Counted from the first letter of the stretch, positions 23,500-35,953 are shown. The stretch: 64,000 nucleotides of DNA from Neocallimastix sp. 'constans' (GCA_050613775.1 JBODTK010000148.1:62001-126000), one strand, 5' to 3'. Numbers and translations are program-made. The notes: generated from the letters alone by a model not told the origin.

Positions 23500-23538
<39 letters not shown>

Positions 23539-24119
23539 ATATATAAATATATAAATATATTGAAATAATAAATATACGAAAATATATATAAAAAAAAAAA
23601 AAAATAATTTCATTAAAATAAAAATTATCAAAATTAAAATTTTTAGAAAAAAAATAAAGTTAACATGATGATTAAATTTAAATATAATGAAAATTTTAAA
23701 GTAATTATAGTATTTATGATGAGAATTGAAAATATTTTTTTTTTCTCAAATATCTAATAAAATAAAACAAAGGAGTGACAATGGTGAAGTAAATAAAGTG
23801 GTATATCTACTAATCTCTTCCTTAAACCAAAAGAAAATATTATCAGGAGATTCAATTTCTATAGATTTTATATATATGAACAATAATTACTATTTATGTA
23901 TAATTAATTTTAAAGATTAAGTAATATGAAATTTTTCTTTTCCATATTGGTACTATTCTTTTAAATGTAAAGGGTATTTTTTTTTTTTTTTTTTTTTTTT
24001 CTCTCTAAGCTATTAGTTGAAAGCTACATTTAAAAGTAATATTTTATTAAACATCAACAGAATTATTATACTATTATGCTTTTTTTTTTTTTTTTTTTTT
24101 AATAAAATACAATTATGCT

Positions 24120-24167
<48 letters not shown>

Positions 24168-24287
24168 ATATAATTATGCTTTTTTTTTTTTCTTTTTTTA
24201 ATAAAAATAAAATTTCCTTTTTCATTAATATATAAATATAATATAACAAATTCAGTAACGAAAATACAAATTATGGTTTAATAGTTT

Positions 24288-24320
<33 letters not shown>

Positions 24321-24527
24321 CATTTAATTTTGATATAATTGTATTTATTTATATACTTATTTTGATATAGTTATAAGTATTTTTTTTTTGTTAACATATA
24401 ATAAATTCAAATATTTAAAATTTATATATCTTCCAAAATATATATTTTATTTATTTATGTATTTATTTACATATGTAATTCAAAATTTAATTATTTATTA
24501 GTAATTATTTTTAAATTTAAATCATTT

Positions 24528-24969
24528 TTATTTTTGACTGGCAAAAGTACCATAGATTTCAGCTACAGCAAGCTTATTAGCTTCAGCTTCCTTATAAAAA
24601 TCTTTAATATTATTAGCTTCCATTTTTTCGATTTTCAATGCATAAACCTTGAAAAAGTATCTGTGAGTACCACTTGGTGGTCTTGGACCTTTGTATTTTT
24701 TAATACGCCATGAAGAAACAACTTCTTCACCTGGAACTGTATTTTCTGGAACACTAGTAACATCAGCAGGAATATTTTTAACTAACCAGTGAACCCAGTC
24801 ATGACCATCTGGATCAACATTAATAATACAGAAACTCTTAGTTCCTTCTGGAACATTAGTCCAACTTAATTCTGGATTAACATCATCACCATAAGTAGAA
24901 TACTTAATTGGAAGTGGACCTTTATCAGTAAAGCTTTTTGAGGTAACAGTAAACTTTTTTATTGAATAA
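24528..24969 (-). CDS. YbhB/YbcL-family (bacterial-type PEBP / Raf kinase inhibitor-like) protein, main exon; first exon unresolved
   Basis: My translation: YSIKKFTVTSKSFTDKGPLPIKYSTYGDDVNPELSWTNVPEGTKSFCIINVDPDGHDWVHWLVKNIPADVTSVPENTVPGEEVVSSWRIKKYKGPRPPSGTHRYFFKVYALKIEKMEANNIKDFYKEAEANKLAVAEIYGTFASQK*. It carries the DPD, VHW, NIP and Y.GP.PP.G.HRY.F.VYAL motifs and follows a tttag acceptor. Absent from the ORF track because there is no early Met. Confidence 0.85.
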
Positions 24970-25006
24970 CTAAATAATAAAATAAATTAAATATATTTAA
25001 ATTTTA

Positions 25007-25039
<33 letters not shown>

Positions 25040-25475
25040 AGAAAAAATTATTAATTTTAAATAAATTTCAATTAAAAAGGTATGTATATTTTTACTGAAT
25101 ATAATTTTATTATTGTTGTACTATTAATTATATAATTATTTTTCATTACATTTAATATATACTTTATTCTTTATTTATTTTTTTTTTTATTACCTTTTTC
25201 TTATTAATATAAAAATAAGTAATAAAAAAGTATAAGTGAAAGAGTATTTAATTAATTTCTTACGTGGGAATAACATTTACTTCAAACTAAATATTAATAA
25301 AAGAATAAATAAATAAAAAAGTATAAAATTAAAAAAAAATAAAAAAAAAAAATTAAAAATAATAAAAATGTGTTAAATATAATTAATATAAAGTAAAAAT
25401 ACATTTTAATACGTAATGTATAAGATGTATATACTTTTTATTAAAATTTTTATGTATGAATATAAAATTTTTTTG

Positions 25476-25900
25476 AGTAGTGCATTTTTGAAAATGGCTT
25501 GTAAAAATTGTAATTTACGCCATATCATATTAATACATTTTATACACTATAAATAAATAAATAAATAAATTTTAAATAATTAAATAATAAATAGTAAAGT
25601 AATTTAATTATAATAAATAAATAAAAATAATTTCATAAATACCTTTTAAAGAATATATAATTAAATAATATGTATTAGAAAATTTAATTAAAAATTTAAT
25701 TAAAAGTTTAATTAAAAAGTTTAATTAAAAAATGGAAGAAAACTTAAAAATTGAAATTAGTGAAACCAATGGAGGAAAATGATTAACCCTAACCCTTTTA
25801 TCATTTTCAAAAAAATATAAAATTAAATTTTTCATCTAAAAAAAAAAGAAAAAATCATTTTATAGTATATAAATATACTGAAGATAAATTAAATCAATGA
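25476..25900 (+). mobile_element. Left-end relic of a Mutator-like (MULE) DNA transposon
   Basis: aatggcttgtaaaaattgtaatttacgccat resembles the reverse complement of the MITE subterminal sequence at 45836-45866. It is followed by a broken ORF (MEENLKIEISETNGGK*, then patches such as LNFSS and VYKYTE) that I recall resembling FLYWCH-type N-termini of MULE transposases; not verified. Confidence 0.5.
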
Positions 25901-27124
25901 AAAGATTAACCATGGTAATACGCATTGATGGATAAATTATATATATAATCCAAATTAAAAAATTTCTTTTATTTTTGATGATTGATAATGATAAAGGATA
26001 TATAACTTTATTCAATTTTGTTCTTTATTTAATTTAGGGAATATAATATATTAATAAATATATTATATTTATTAATATTCATTAAAATTAATATATCTAT
26101 TGTATTTTTTTTATAAATATTAGATTAAGACAAAGATTAATATTATACATTATTTTAATAAATTTATATTGTAGTTTATTTTTTAAATATTTAATGATAT
26201 AATCCAATATTTTTGTGATGTTTATACTTTTTTCTTTTATGATGTTATGATGTAAATAACAATTATAATATGATTTATTTTAAAATTATGTTAATGATTA
26301 ATTTATAATATAATTTTTATAATACATATAATAAAGGGTTTTATGATATTTTAATTATTTAAAGAAATAATTTAATTTAATTTATTTTTTTTTAATTATT
26401 TTATGTTGGATTAATGCCATAATGATCAAAGAACTAATATTGTAATTTTAAATTCTTGGTTAATGTTTTTTTTTTTTTTTTTCCTAAATTTAAAACATAA
26501 CCAATTTAAAATTTTTTCATTCAGATAATAATATCAATGGTGGTCTTGTAAATGATGAAAGTGCTTTAGAATATTTAAAATTTTGATGCAGAAATTGTTT
26601 TATGTAATACTGGTGGTTATCTTGCTATTCATGTTATTTCATATATTGGAATAACATTTAAATTTCATGAAAATTTTTAAAATTTGGATGGATGGAGAGA
26701 GAAAGCAACACCAATAAAGATAAAATCATAATTGTAATAATTGTAATAATACTTCTATAATACCTATAGTATTTGATGGAAAACAAATAAATTTATTTGA
26801 ATTGATTCTATTTTAATTAAAATTGATGATATTCTTTATTAATAGTTACATCCGTTAAAAAGAAAATTTATATAATCAGTTAATTAAAGTATTTAAATAT
26901 TAAGTTTAAATATTAAGTAATATAATAATAAATGATATATGAAAATAGATGATTGATTCTCAGAATTAAAAAAAAATATTTTACAATTAAATATACTCTT
27001 ATTTTAATTTTTTTTGAATAATTTTTTTTTTATTTTTAATATAATTATATTAATCAATTGTTTTAGTTCAATGATTAGTAAGGAAAGATTAATATAACTA
27101 AAATATGAATATTAATAAATATAA

Positions 27125-27182
<58 letters not shown>

Positions 27183-27690
27183 TTTAAATATAATTAAAAA
27201 ATAATTTATGTATAATATTTTATTGTTACATAAATTTATGAGTAAAATAATAAAATTAAAATTATAGCATTACTAAAGAGAATGATTATAAAGTATATCA
27301 TGTGTTTCATGTGATAAATAGAGCATTATTATTTTATTATTTCATATAAAGTGGATAAATTATATAAATAATTATAAAAATTTATATAAATTGTGGAATA
27401 AATCAATATTTAAAATTGAAAAATTAAGATATATAATTTAAAAGGTAACATTACACAAAATAAATTAAATTTTATCTATAGATAATTTAAAAATTTTTGA
27501 TTATTAATTTTTAATATATATACTTCTAAAATTTCAATTTTTAAGACTTTAAAATTAATTTAAAATAGGATATTTCTTTTCATCAAGGAAATTACTTTAA
27601 TTATAATAAGGGGACTGGTGGCTAATTGTTTTATTATATTGATAATTTTATATTAATTAATATAATTAATAATAAAGCTTTAAATCATAA

Positions 27691-27734
<44 letters not shown>

Positions 27735-28004
27735 TTTATTTATTTTACATTAGTTTAGTTTTTAATTCTTAATTTTTATTATAGTTTTATTTATTTTACA
27801 TTAGTTTTTAATTCTTAATTTATTATAGTTTTTTTTTTTTTTTTTTTTTTTTTTAGTACATTGCTATTTTATTAATTTTTTTATAAGTTTTCCCTTTTCT
27901 ATCTTTATTTTTAAATTTTTTTTTATTTATATTTTACTTTTTTTAATTATTAATTTTTTTTTTCTTAATTTATATTTATTTATTGTATTCTATTTTAATT
28001 TGTA

Positions 28005-28035
<31 letters not shown>

Positions 28036-28391
28036 TTTATTTTTATCTTTATCTTTATCTTTATCTTTATTTTTTATTTTTTATTTTTATTCTTTTAATT
28101 TTTTTTAATTTTTAAATTTTTTATATTTATATTTTTTTTTGTTTTTGTGTTATTTGATTATTTTTTGTATATTGTTATTTTTTTGATAGAATCTTTATAT
28201 GTAATTTTATTATACTGAATATTAAATATTTATTTATTATTTAATGATACAGTATAAGAAATATTTATGCATTATTTTATTATATTGTTTATGTTACATA
28301 TATTATATATATTTATATATTTATAATGCTTTCTTCTTTAATATTAACAATATTAAATATATATTTCGATTATTTATCTCATTTATAATTA

Positions 28392-28755
28392 TTTAATACT
28401 GATAATATTAAATATTAAATTTAATTATTTATTTCATGTATAATAATACTTTATATTTTCTTTTTTCTTTAATATTAATCATATTAAAAATATTTCTTTT
28501 TATTTTTTTTTTTCTATTTTTAATACTGATAATATTAAATATTAAATTTAATTATTTATTTCATGTATAATAATACTTTATATTTACTTTTTTCTTTAAT
28601 ATTAATCATATTAAAAATATTTCTTTTTATTTTTTTTTTTCTATTTTTAATACTGATAATATTAAATATTAAATTTAATTATTTATTTCATGTATAATAA
28701 TACTTTATATTTTCTTTTTTCTTTAATATTAATCATATTAAAAATATTTCTTTTA
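28392..28755. repeat. ~127-bp tandem repeat, 3 copies, downstream of the 1350-aa gene
   Basis: taatactgataatattaaatattaaatttaattatttatttcatgtataataatact recurs at ~28394, ~28521 and ~28648. Confidence 0.9.
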
Positions 28756-28981
28756 ATTTTTTTCTAATTTTTTTTTTTTTAATTAATTATCAATAATATA
28801 TATATACATATATATATATATTTAAAAAAAATAAAAAAAGAAAAAAAGTAAAAAGAAAAAAAAAAAAAAAAAAGAAAAAAGAAAAAAAAAGAAAAGAAAA
28901 GAAAAATTTTTTTTTCTTCTTTTTTTTATACTGAATAATAATTCAGTATTATTTAAATCAATAATAATTGATTATAATGAA

Positions 28982-31900
28982 TTAATATTTATCCCATTTC
29001 ATATTTTCAATATTTAAATTACATTCATCAAGACATGGGGTCATTGAATAAAAGAGACATAAATTTACACCATTTGCATTGGTTAAAGGATTACCATCCA
29101 TATTATAAACTTCAATCGAATTAGAGAAAGAACCACCATATAGGAATTTATGTTGAGCTTTAGAACAATCAACTACACTAAGGAAATTGTAACCTTTATT
29201 ATTAGTGTAGGTTCCTAAATCTAAACAATAATTTGTGGGTTCTCCAATATCACCATTGACTCCATCAGATAAATATAAAAGTGAGGGAGAGTTGTCAGAA
29301 GTTACTTGCCATGTATGGTATTTAGCACTTTCAATATCATTTAATTCATAGATATTGAAATTATTATGTTCTTTCAAGTTTGGAACACCTAAATAGTAAT
29401 TTGTTGTATCTGTTAAGGTACCTTTAAATCTCATTGGTATATAAGTGGGTTTGAATGATTCTTGATCCCATTTCATATTTTGAATGTTTAAATTACATTC
29501 ATCAAGACATGGGGTCATTGAATAAAAGAGACATAAATTTACACCATTTGCATTGGTTAAAGGATTACCATCCATATTATAAACTTCAATCGAATTAGAG
29601 AAAGAACCACCATATAGGAATTTATGTTGAGCTTTAGAACAATCAACTACACTAAGGAAATTGTAACCTTTATCATTAGTGTAGGTTCCTAAATCTAAAC
29701 AATAATTTGTTGGCTTACCAATATTATCATTAGCTCCATTAGATAAATATAAAAGTGAGGGAGAATTGTCAGAAATAACATGCCATGTATGGTATTTAGC
29801 ACTTTCAATATCATTTAATTCATAGATATTGAAATTATTATGTTCTTTCAATTTTGGAACACCTAAATAGTAATTTGTTGTATCTGTTAAGGTACCCTTA
29901 AATCTCATTGGTATATAAGTTGTTTTGTATGTATATCTATCCCATTTCATATTTTGAATGTTTAAATTACATTCATCAAGACATGGGGTCATTGAATAAA
30001 AGAGACATAAATTTACACCATTTGCATTGGTTAAAGGATTACCATCCCTCTTGTAAACTTCAATCGAATTAGAGAAAGAATCACCGTATACGAATTTATG
30101 TTGAGCTTTAGAACAATCAACTACACTAAGGAAATTGTAACCTTTATCATTAGTGTAGGTTCCTAAATCCAAACAATAATTTGTTGGTTTACCAATATCA
30201 TCATTTGCTCCATCAGATAGATATAAAAGTGAGGGAGAATTGTCAGAAATAACATGCCATGTATGGTATTTAGCACTTTCAATATCATTTAATTCATAGA
30301 TATTAAAATTATTATGGTCTTTCAACTCTGGAACACCTAAATAGTAATTTTCTGTATCTGTTAATGTTCCTTTAAATCTTACAGGTGTATAGGTTGTTTT
30401 GATTACATGTTTTTTCCAATGCATATTTATCTCATTTTCAGAATTGTTACACTTATTGGAACTAGGAGTTGCTGAGTAATAAAGACATACATTATCACCA
30501 TCTTTATCAGTTAAATGATCTCCATTCTTCTTATAAATATCAAAAGAATTATTTAAAGATCCTCCAAACATAAATTTATGTTGAGCTTTAGAACATTCAA
30601 CAACACTAAGATAATTATAGCCTTGACCATTTAAATCGGCACTTAAATCTAAACAGTAATTTGATGGTTCTCCATTATTACCAAAAGTACCATTAGATAA
30701 ATATAAAAGTGAAGGTGTTTCTTTATTGGAAACATGCCACGTACGGTATTTTGCACTAGTTGAATCCTTTCCATTACTAATGGAAATTTTAGTGTATTCT
30801 TTTAACTCTGGAACTCCTAAATATTGATTAGAATCATTATTTAACATTCCATTATATTTGATAGCAATGTATTCAGGATAAATATTAACTTTTTCCCAGC
30901 TCATATTTTCCTCACTACTAGAAAGGCTACATTTATCAAGTTTTGGAGTCATTGAATAAAAAAGACATAAGTCATTTTTATCACTATCAGTAAGATGATT
31001 ATCATTCAAATCGTAGACATCAATAGAATTTGAAAAAGATTTTCCATACATAAATTTATGTTTGGTATTGGAACACTTCACAGTACTTAGAAAATTATAT
31101 CCATATACATCCGTAAAAGTACCTAAATCTAAGCAATAGTCAGAGGGTTCTCCTACATTACCACTAACACCATTAGATAAATATAAGAGAGAAGGATTAA
31201 TTTCTGAATCCATATGCCATGTATGGTATTTAGCACTGTTAGTATCTGTTAATTCATATATATTGAAATTATCGATTTCTTTCAATTCTGGAACACCTAA
31301 ATAATAATTTTCGGTATAATCTAGCATGCCTTTAAATTTAAAGGATGGATACTTTGAATTAAAAGGTTCCATATTTTCTTGGATGTATGCAACAGGAATA
31401 GCTTCAGGAGGATTTTCATTATGTTCTACTATAGCAAAATCTCCAAGATAGTTAGCTCCCAATGATTCATTCCATATAAATTCATCGTCATTTGCAAATC
31501 TAATAGGATAACCATTTAAACCACCATTACTATTAGAGGCTATTCTTAAATAGAGTTTATAATTTCCGTTTGACATATTGCTAGGAAGTATACCTTCAAT
31601 GTTAATCACTGTTATAGTTTTTGACCACCATTGGCATGGATCACTATTAGTAATTTTTAATGAGTTAGTTAAATCATATCTTCTATCATTATTATCTGTC
31701 ATGATAACATAAATTGATTTTTGCTTTATAAGATTAGCAAATCCTACATTTTCAATACTAATTTCGGCACCAAATATTCCATTACTCTCAGCTTCTGTTG
31801 TAAGGCGAACATTTTTTACAACATATCTGTAACCGAGATGATTTTCGATATAATTATATTCGGTTTGATTATTATAATTATCAGAAGGCCCTAGACATTT

Positions 31901-33034
31901 ATGTTCTTTCAATTTAGCAATTGTATTCTCATAAAATTCAGAATTTAAATAACTAGTATGAGTTTTAAAAGCTTCAATACTAATATTCATACAATCAATT
32001 ATTACGTCACCCATGTCATTTCCTGTATTATTTGCAAATTCACCACCAAATAATGTATGTGTTGCTTGATTAGATATCCATTCTATTTCATTATTTCTGT
32101 TTGTATATGTGCCAATATCATCGCTTGATGAAAAATAGGCATCATTAAAAATACCAATTCTGTATTCTGGTTCACTTGAAAATGGCTGATGCTTCGAAAG
32201 ATCGGTTATTGTAACGTTATGAATGTCCTCATAAAAATCTATATAATGTTGAGGCGTTCTTACACTTATTGTAATAGTTTCATTTAAAATTTCTAACCAT
32301 TTTTTTATTGAGCTACTAATAAAACTTCTTTTACTATTTTGAATTTCACTAACATCACTTTGAAACATTTCACCATAAGCACCAAATAATCCACATTCAA
32401 CGGAAGCTACAGTATCATTATAAAAATTTAAAACTTTCGCCAATTTATCTAGATGCCCTAATACCCTATCGATATTAGGTTCAGTAGTTTTGTATTGGTC
32501 ATCAAAATTTTTATGATATGAAAATCTAACAACAGCAGTTTGATGATTTGCTTCTAAATTACTAAAAATATTTTTTAAATAATTAATTGAATCATCATTT
32601 AGATCATCATTTTGAAAATCAGAAATGTCAATTAAAAGACGAACTAAATTTGATGATGGTACATCACTAAAAGATTCAGTTATATTTCTTTTTATAGAAA
32701 TATATGCTTGTTCATAGAAACCTCTATAAGGATTAGCTACTTCTGTAAGAGCTTCTTCATATTTAATGTAATTTACCGATTGAAGTGGGGAATTAGATTT
32801 TTTAACTAAAATTTTATTTCCTTCATCAATAGTTTTATTTGAAGTTAAGTCCAAATCTAAGTGGACTTCTTTCTCTGAAATGTTTTCATTTTTAACTATA
32901 TTATGATAATAATCATAAATTTCAGAGGATAAATCATAAACATTAGAATTTAGAGTAGGTTTACAGTTAATTCTAATATGTTTATTAATTAATAATAATG
33001 AAATTAATGTAATTTTTGGGATAAATATTTTCAT
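28982..33034 (-). CDS. Paralog of 5297-13189: secreted DUF4874/DUF4832-like domain with 5 ricin-B/beta-trefoil-like repeats
   Basis: 1350-aa intronless ORF colinear with the 2630-aa protein. Five YLGVP.LK(E/D) units. Same C-terminus (IENMKWDKY). Confidence 0.85.
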   Translation of the reverse strand: MKIFIPKITLISLLLINKHIRINCKPTLNSNVYDLSSEIYDYYHNIVKNENISEKEVHLDLDLTSNKTIDEGNKILVKKSNSPLQSVNYIKYEEALTEVANPYRGFYEQAYISIKRNITESFSDVPSSNLVRLLIDISDFQNDDLNDDSINYLKNIFSNLEANHQTAVVRFSYHKNFDDQYKTTEPNIDRVLGHLDKLAKVLNFYNDTVASVECGLFGAYGEMFQSDVSEIQNSKRSFISSSIKKWLEILNETITISVRTPQHYIDFYEDIHNVTITDLSKHQPFSSEPEYRIGIFNDAYFSSSDDIGTYTNRNNEIEWISNQATHTLFGGEFANNTGNDMGDVIIDCMNISIEAFKTHTSYLNSEFYENTIAKLKEHKCLGPSDNYNNQTEYNYIENHLGYRYVVKNVRLTTEAESNGIFGAEISIENVGFANLIKQKSIYVIMTDNNDRRYDLTNSLKITNSDPCQWWSKTITVINIEGILPSNMSNGNYKLYLRIASNSNGGLNGYPIRFANDDEFIWNESLGANYLGDFAIVEHNENPPEAIPVAYIQENMEPFNSKYPSFKFKGMLDYTENYYLGVPELKEIDNFNIYELTDTNSAKYHTWHMDSEINPSLLYLSNGVSGNVGEPSDYCLDLGTFTDVYGYNFLSTVKCSNTKHKFMYGKSFSNSIDVYDLNDNHLTDSDKNDLCLFYSMTPKLDKCSLSSSEENMSWEKVNIYPEYIAIKYNGMLNNDSNQYLGVPELKEYTKISISNGKDSTSAKYRTWHVSNKETPSLLYLSNGTFGNNGEPSNYCLDLSADLNGQGYNYLSVVECSKAQHKFMFGGSLNNSFDIYKKNGDHLTDKDGDNVCLYYSATPSSNKCNNSENEINMHWKKHVIKTTYTPVRFKGTLTDTENYYLGVPELKDHNNFNIYELNDIESAKYHTWHVISDNSPSLLYLSDGANDDIGKPTNYCLDLGTYTNDKGYNFLSVVDCSKAQHKFVYGDSFSNSIEVYKRDGNPLTNANGVNLCLFYSMTPCLDECNLNIQNMKWDRYTYKTTYIPMRFKGTLTDTTNYYLGVPKLKEHNNFNIYELNDIESAKYHTWHVISDNSPSLLYLSNGANDNIGKPTNYCLDLGTYTNDKGYNFLSVVDCSKAQHKFLYGGSFSNSIEVYNMDGNPLTNANGVNLCLFYSMTPCLDECNLNIQNMKWDQESFKPTYIPMRFKGTLTDTTNYYLGVPNLKEHNNFNIYELNDIESAKYHTWQVTSDNSPSLLYLSDGVNGDIGEPTNYCLDLGTYTNNKGYNFLSVVDCSKAQHKFLYGGSFSNSIEVYNMDGNPLTNANGVNLCLFYSMTPCLDECNLNIENMKWDKY

Positions 33035-33426
33035 TTTGTATCTATTATTATTTTCAATCTTTAATAATTAATATATTAATTAAAAAAGCATAATTAAAAA
33101 TTTTTTATTATTTAATTTTTTTTTTTTTGTTATTAAATTTTTATTTTTATATTAAATTTTTATTTTTACATTAAATTTATATTTTTATTTTTATTTTTAT
33201 TTTTATTTTTATTACTTTTATTTTATTTTCTATTAGTATTATTTTTATTTTTATTTTTATTTTTATTTTTATATTTTTATTATTACTTTTATTTTATTTT
33301 CTATTAGTATTATTATATAATTTAAAGTAGAAATAAAAAACTTTTTTTTTTTATTACTTTATTATATAATATTAAATATTATTAATATTAAATAATATTT
33401 ATAAGGTATTTCAAGGAATAAAAAAA

Positions 33427-33458
33427 TAGCTGAAATTATTTCTTTTTATAGTTTTTAA
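33427..33458 (-). promoter_or_regulatory. Conserved TATA-like upstream block of the 1350-aa gene
   Basis: tagctgaaattatttctttttatagttttta differs from the 13550 block by about one base. Confidence 0.55.
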
Positions 33459-35759
33459 AAAATATAAAATAAATAAATAAAATAATAAAGTAATAATCGA
33501 AATGAATTAATATTGAAATTATTATTATTTATATAATTAATATATTTAATTGAATAAAAGAAAATTCTTTAAAATAGAAAATAACCATAAATATCAAGAA
33601 TTTCAACATACATCATATATATATAAATTAAAAAAATAAATAAAAAAAAAAAAAAAAAAAAAAGAATTTTTTGTTTAAATTCTTTTTTTTCTTCTTTTTA
33701 TTTTTTTAGTAATATTTTTAGTTATCAAAAAAAGGACTTTTTTTATTTGAATCTTTTTATTTTTTATTTTTTTATTTTTTTTTAGTAATGTATTAATATT
33801 TTTAATTATCAAAAATTAAAAAAAAAAAAATCTATGTGTAATTTTTTATTGAATTTAAATTCAAAGACAAAATTTTTACATATAAAATAATTAATATGAA
33901 AAGTTCTTTTCGCTTTATAAAAAAACATAATTGATATTTATTATTTTATATAAAAATTAAGCAAATTTTTTCTTTTTTTTTTTTTTTTAACAATAAGAAT
34001 CATATGTAATAACTTTTTTTAGTTTATGAAAGTTAATATTCTGTTTCATTTTCTTTTTTTTTTAAAAATAACATAAATAAAATTTATATTTTATTATAAA
34101 AAAATTTTATATACATCTAATAAAAAAAAAAATCTTTGTTAACTATTTAAAAATTATAATAATTAAGATTCATTAAATTTTTGTTATTAAAACTTTATTT
34201 ATTAAAAAAAAAATAGATTTAGATTTATATATATGAATAAAAATTTTTAAACATAAACATTGATCTTTAATGCTGTCTTATTGTTTTGAATAAAAAAAAA
34301 AATAAATAAACATACATTAATAAATAAATAAATAAATAAATATTAATAAATAAACATATATTAATAAATAAATAAATAATTAATTAATTAATCAATTAAT
34401 TAAATAAATAAATAGAAATCTTAAACTTTAATTATTATCATTTTCATAAAAGTTTAATATAAACTTTTTAATGACTAATTATTTAAATCATTAAATTCTT
34501 TTTTTTTTTTTTTTTGTAAATTTTTTTTATGATAAATCAATAATTATGAGAGGAGGGTTATAAAAGGTTTTTTAAATATTATTTCATAATAAAAAAAAAA
34601 AGATCTATAGCATTTATAATATTTTAATATATTTTAATATATTTTTATTATTTTTATTTTTTTGATAGATATGATATTAGAAAAAAAAAAATAAAAAATA
34701 AAAAATAAAATATATTATAATAAATGTAGTGAATTAATAGGAAAAAAAAGAATTTTTTCGAAATTGTATTATACTGATTAATTACATACAATATATACCT
34801 ACTAAACAATGTAAAAACATGCATATATTTTTTTTATATATTTAACACCATTTTAAATTTAATATTATAATTTAGACATCCACTTATATAATATATATTT
34901 TATCATAACAAATTTTAATATTAACCTTTTTTTTATATAAAAAAAAATTAATAAAAAAAAATATAACAAACGTCATATTTATTTATATTAATTTACTTAT
35001 ATTTGTAAAATGTTAAATACATATATTCATTTTATTTCTACTTTTTAATTAAGATATTTATTATATTTATTGTAATGAAATATTTGAACATTTATATTTA
35101 AATAAGAATATAATAAAGTATGGGTGTGTACTTTATTGATTTATATATTAACTATTTATTGGACATTTTGTATATTTTATTTATAGATTTTTATTATTTA
35201 TTTATTCATTTATATTAATAGTACAAATATAATATTTTTTTTTAAAAAGAAAAAAAAAAGAAAAAAGAAAAAAAAAAAAAAAGAAAAAAAAAAAAAAAGA
35301 AAAAAAAAAAAAAGAAAAAAAAAAAAAAAAGAAAAAACATGAAAAAGAATTAAAAATTTTATGAATCACCTGATTTTTATTTTCAGAAAACAAAATATTT
35401 TTAGGTTAGGCTGATAAAAAAAAAAAAAAAAAAAAAGAAAATAAATCTCACTTTCCAACATTTTAAAAATAATTAAGTAATTAAGTAATATTATTATATA
35501 TTTATTTTATTTCGTAAAGTGCTCATATTACAGAAAATACTTATATTTAATTGTAATAAATAAAAAAAAATAATAAATAAAAGAAAAAAAAATTTAATAA
35601 TAAAAAAAATAAGAGTAATAATTGTAAAAATAGGAATAATAATTATTATAAATGTATGACTATTTGAAATGGTGTTAAAAATATTTTTTGAATATAGATA
35701 TTGATGTAAAATAATAAAAAAAATATAATATATATATTTAATATCTTTTTATATTGTAT

Positions 35760-35953
35760 ATCATCACACCTACAATAATAACTGTTGGAACGCTAATGGA
35801 AGATAGATTCCCATTATGTGTATGTTTATATTTTTACAATCCTAAAAATAAATAAAAAAAAAAAAATTATTAATGTATCCATTAGTTTTTAAACTATTAT
35901 TTATTATTTATTATTTAATTATGTATATTTTTGGTTGTTTTTATTTTTTATTG

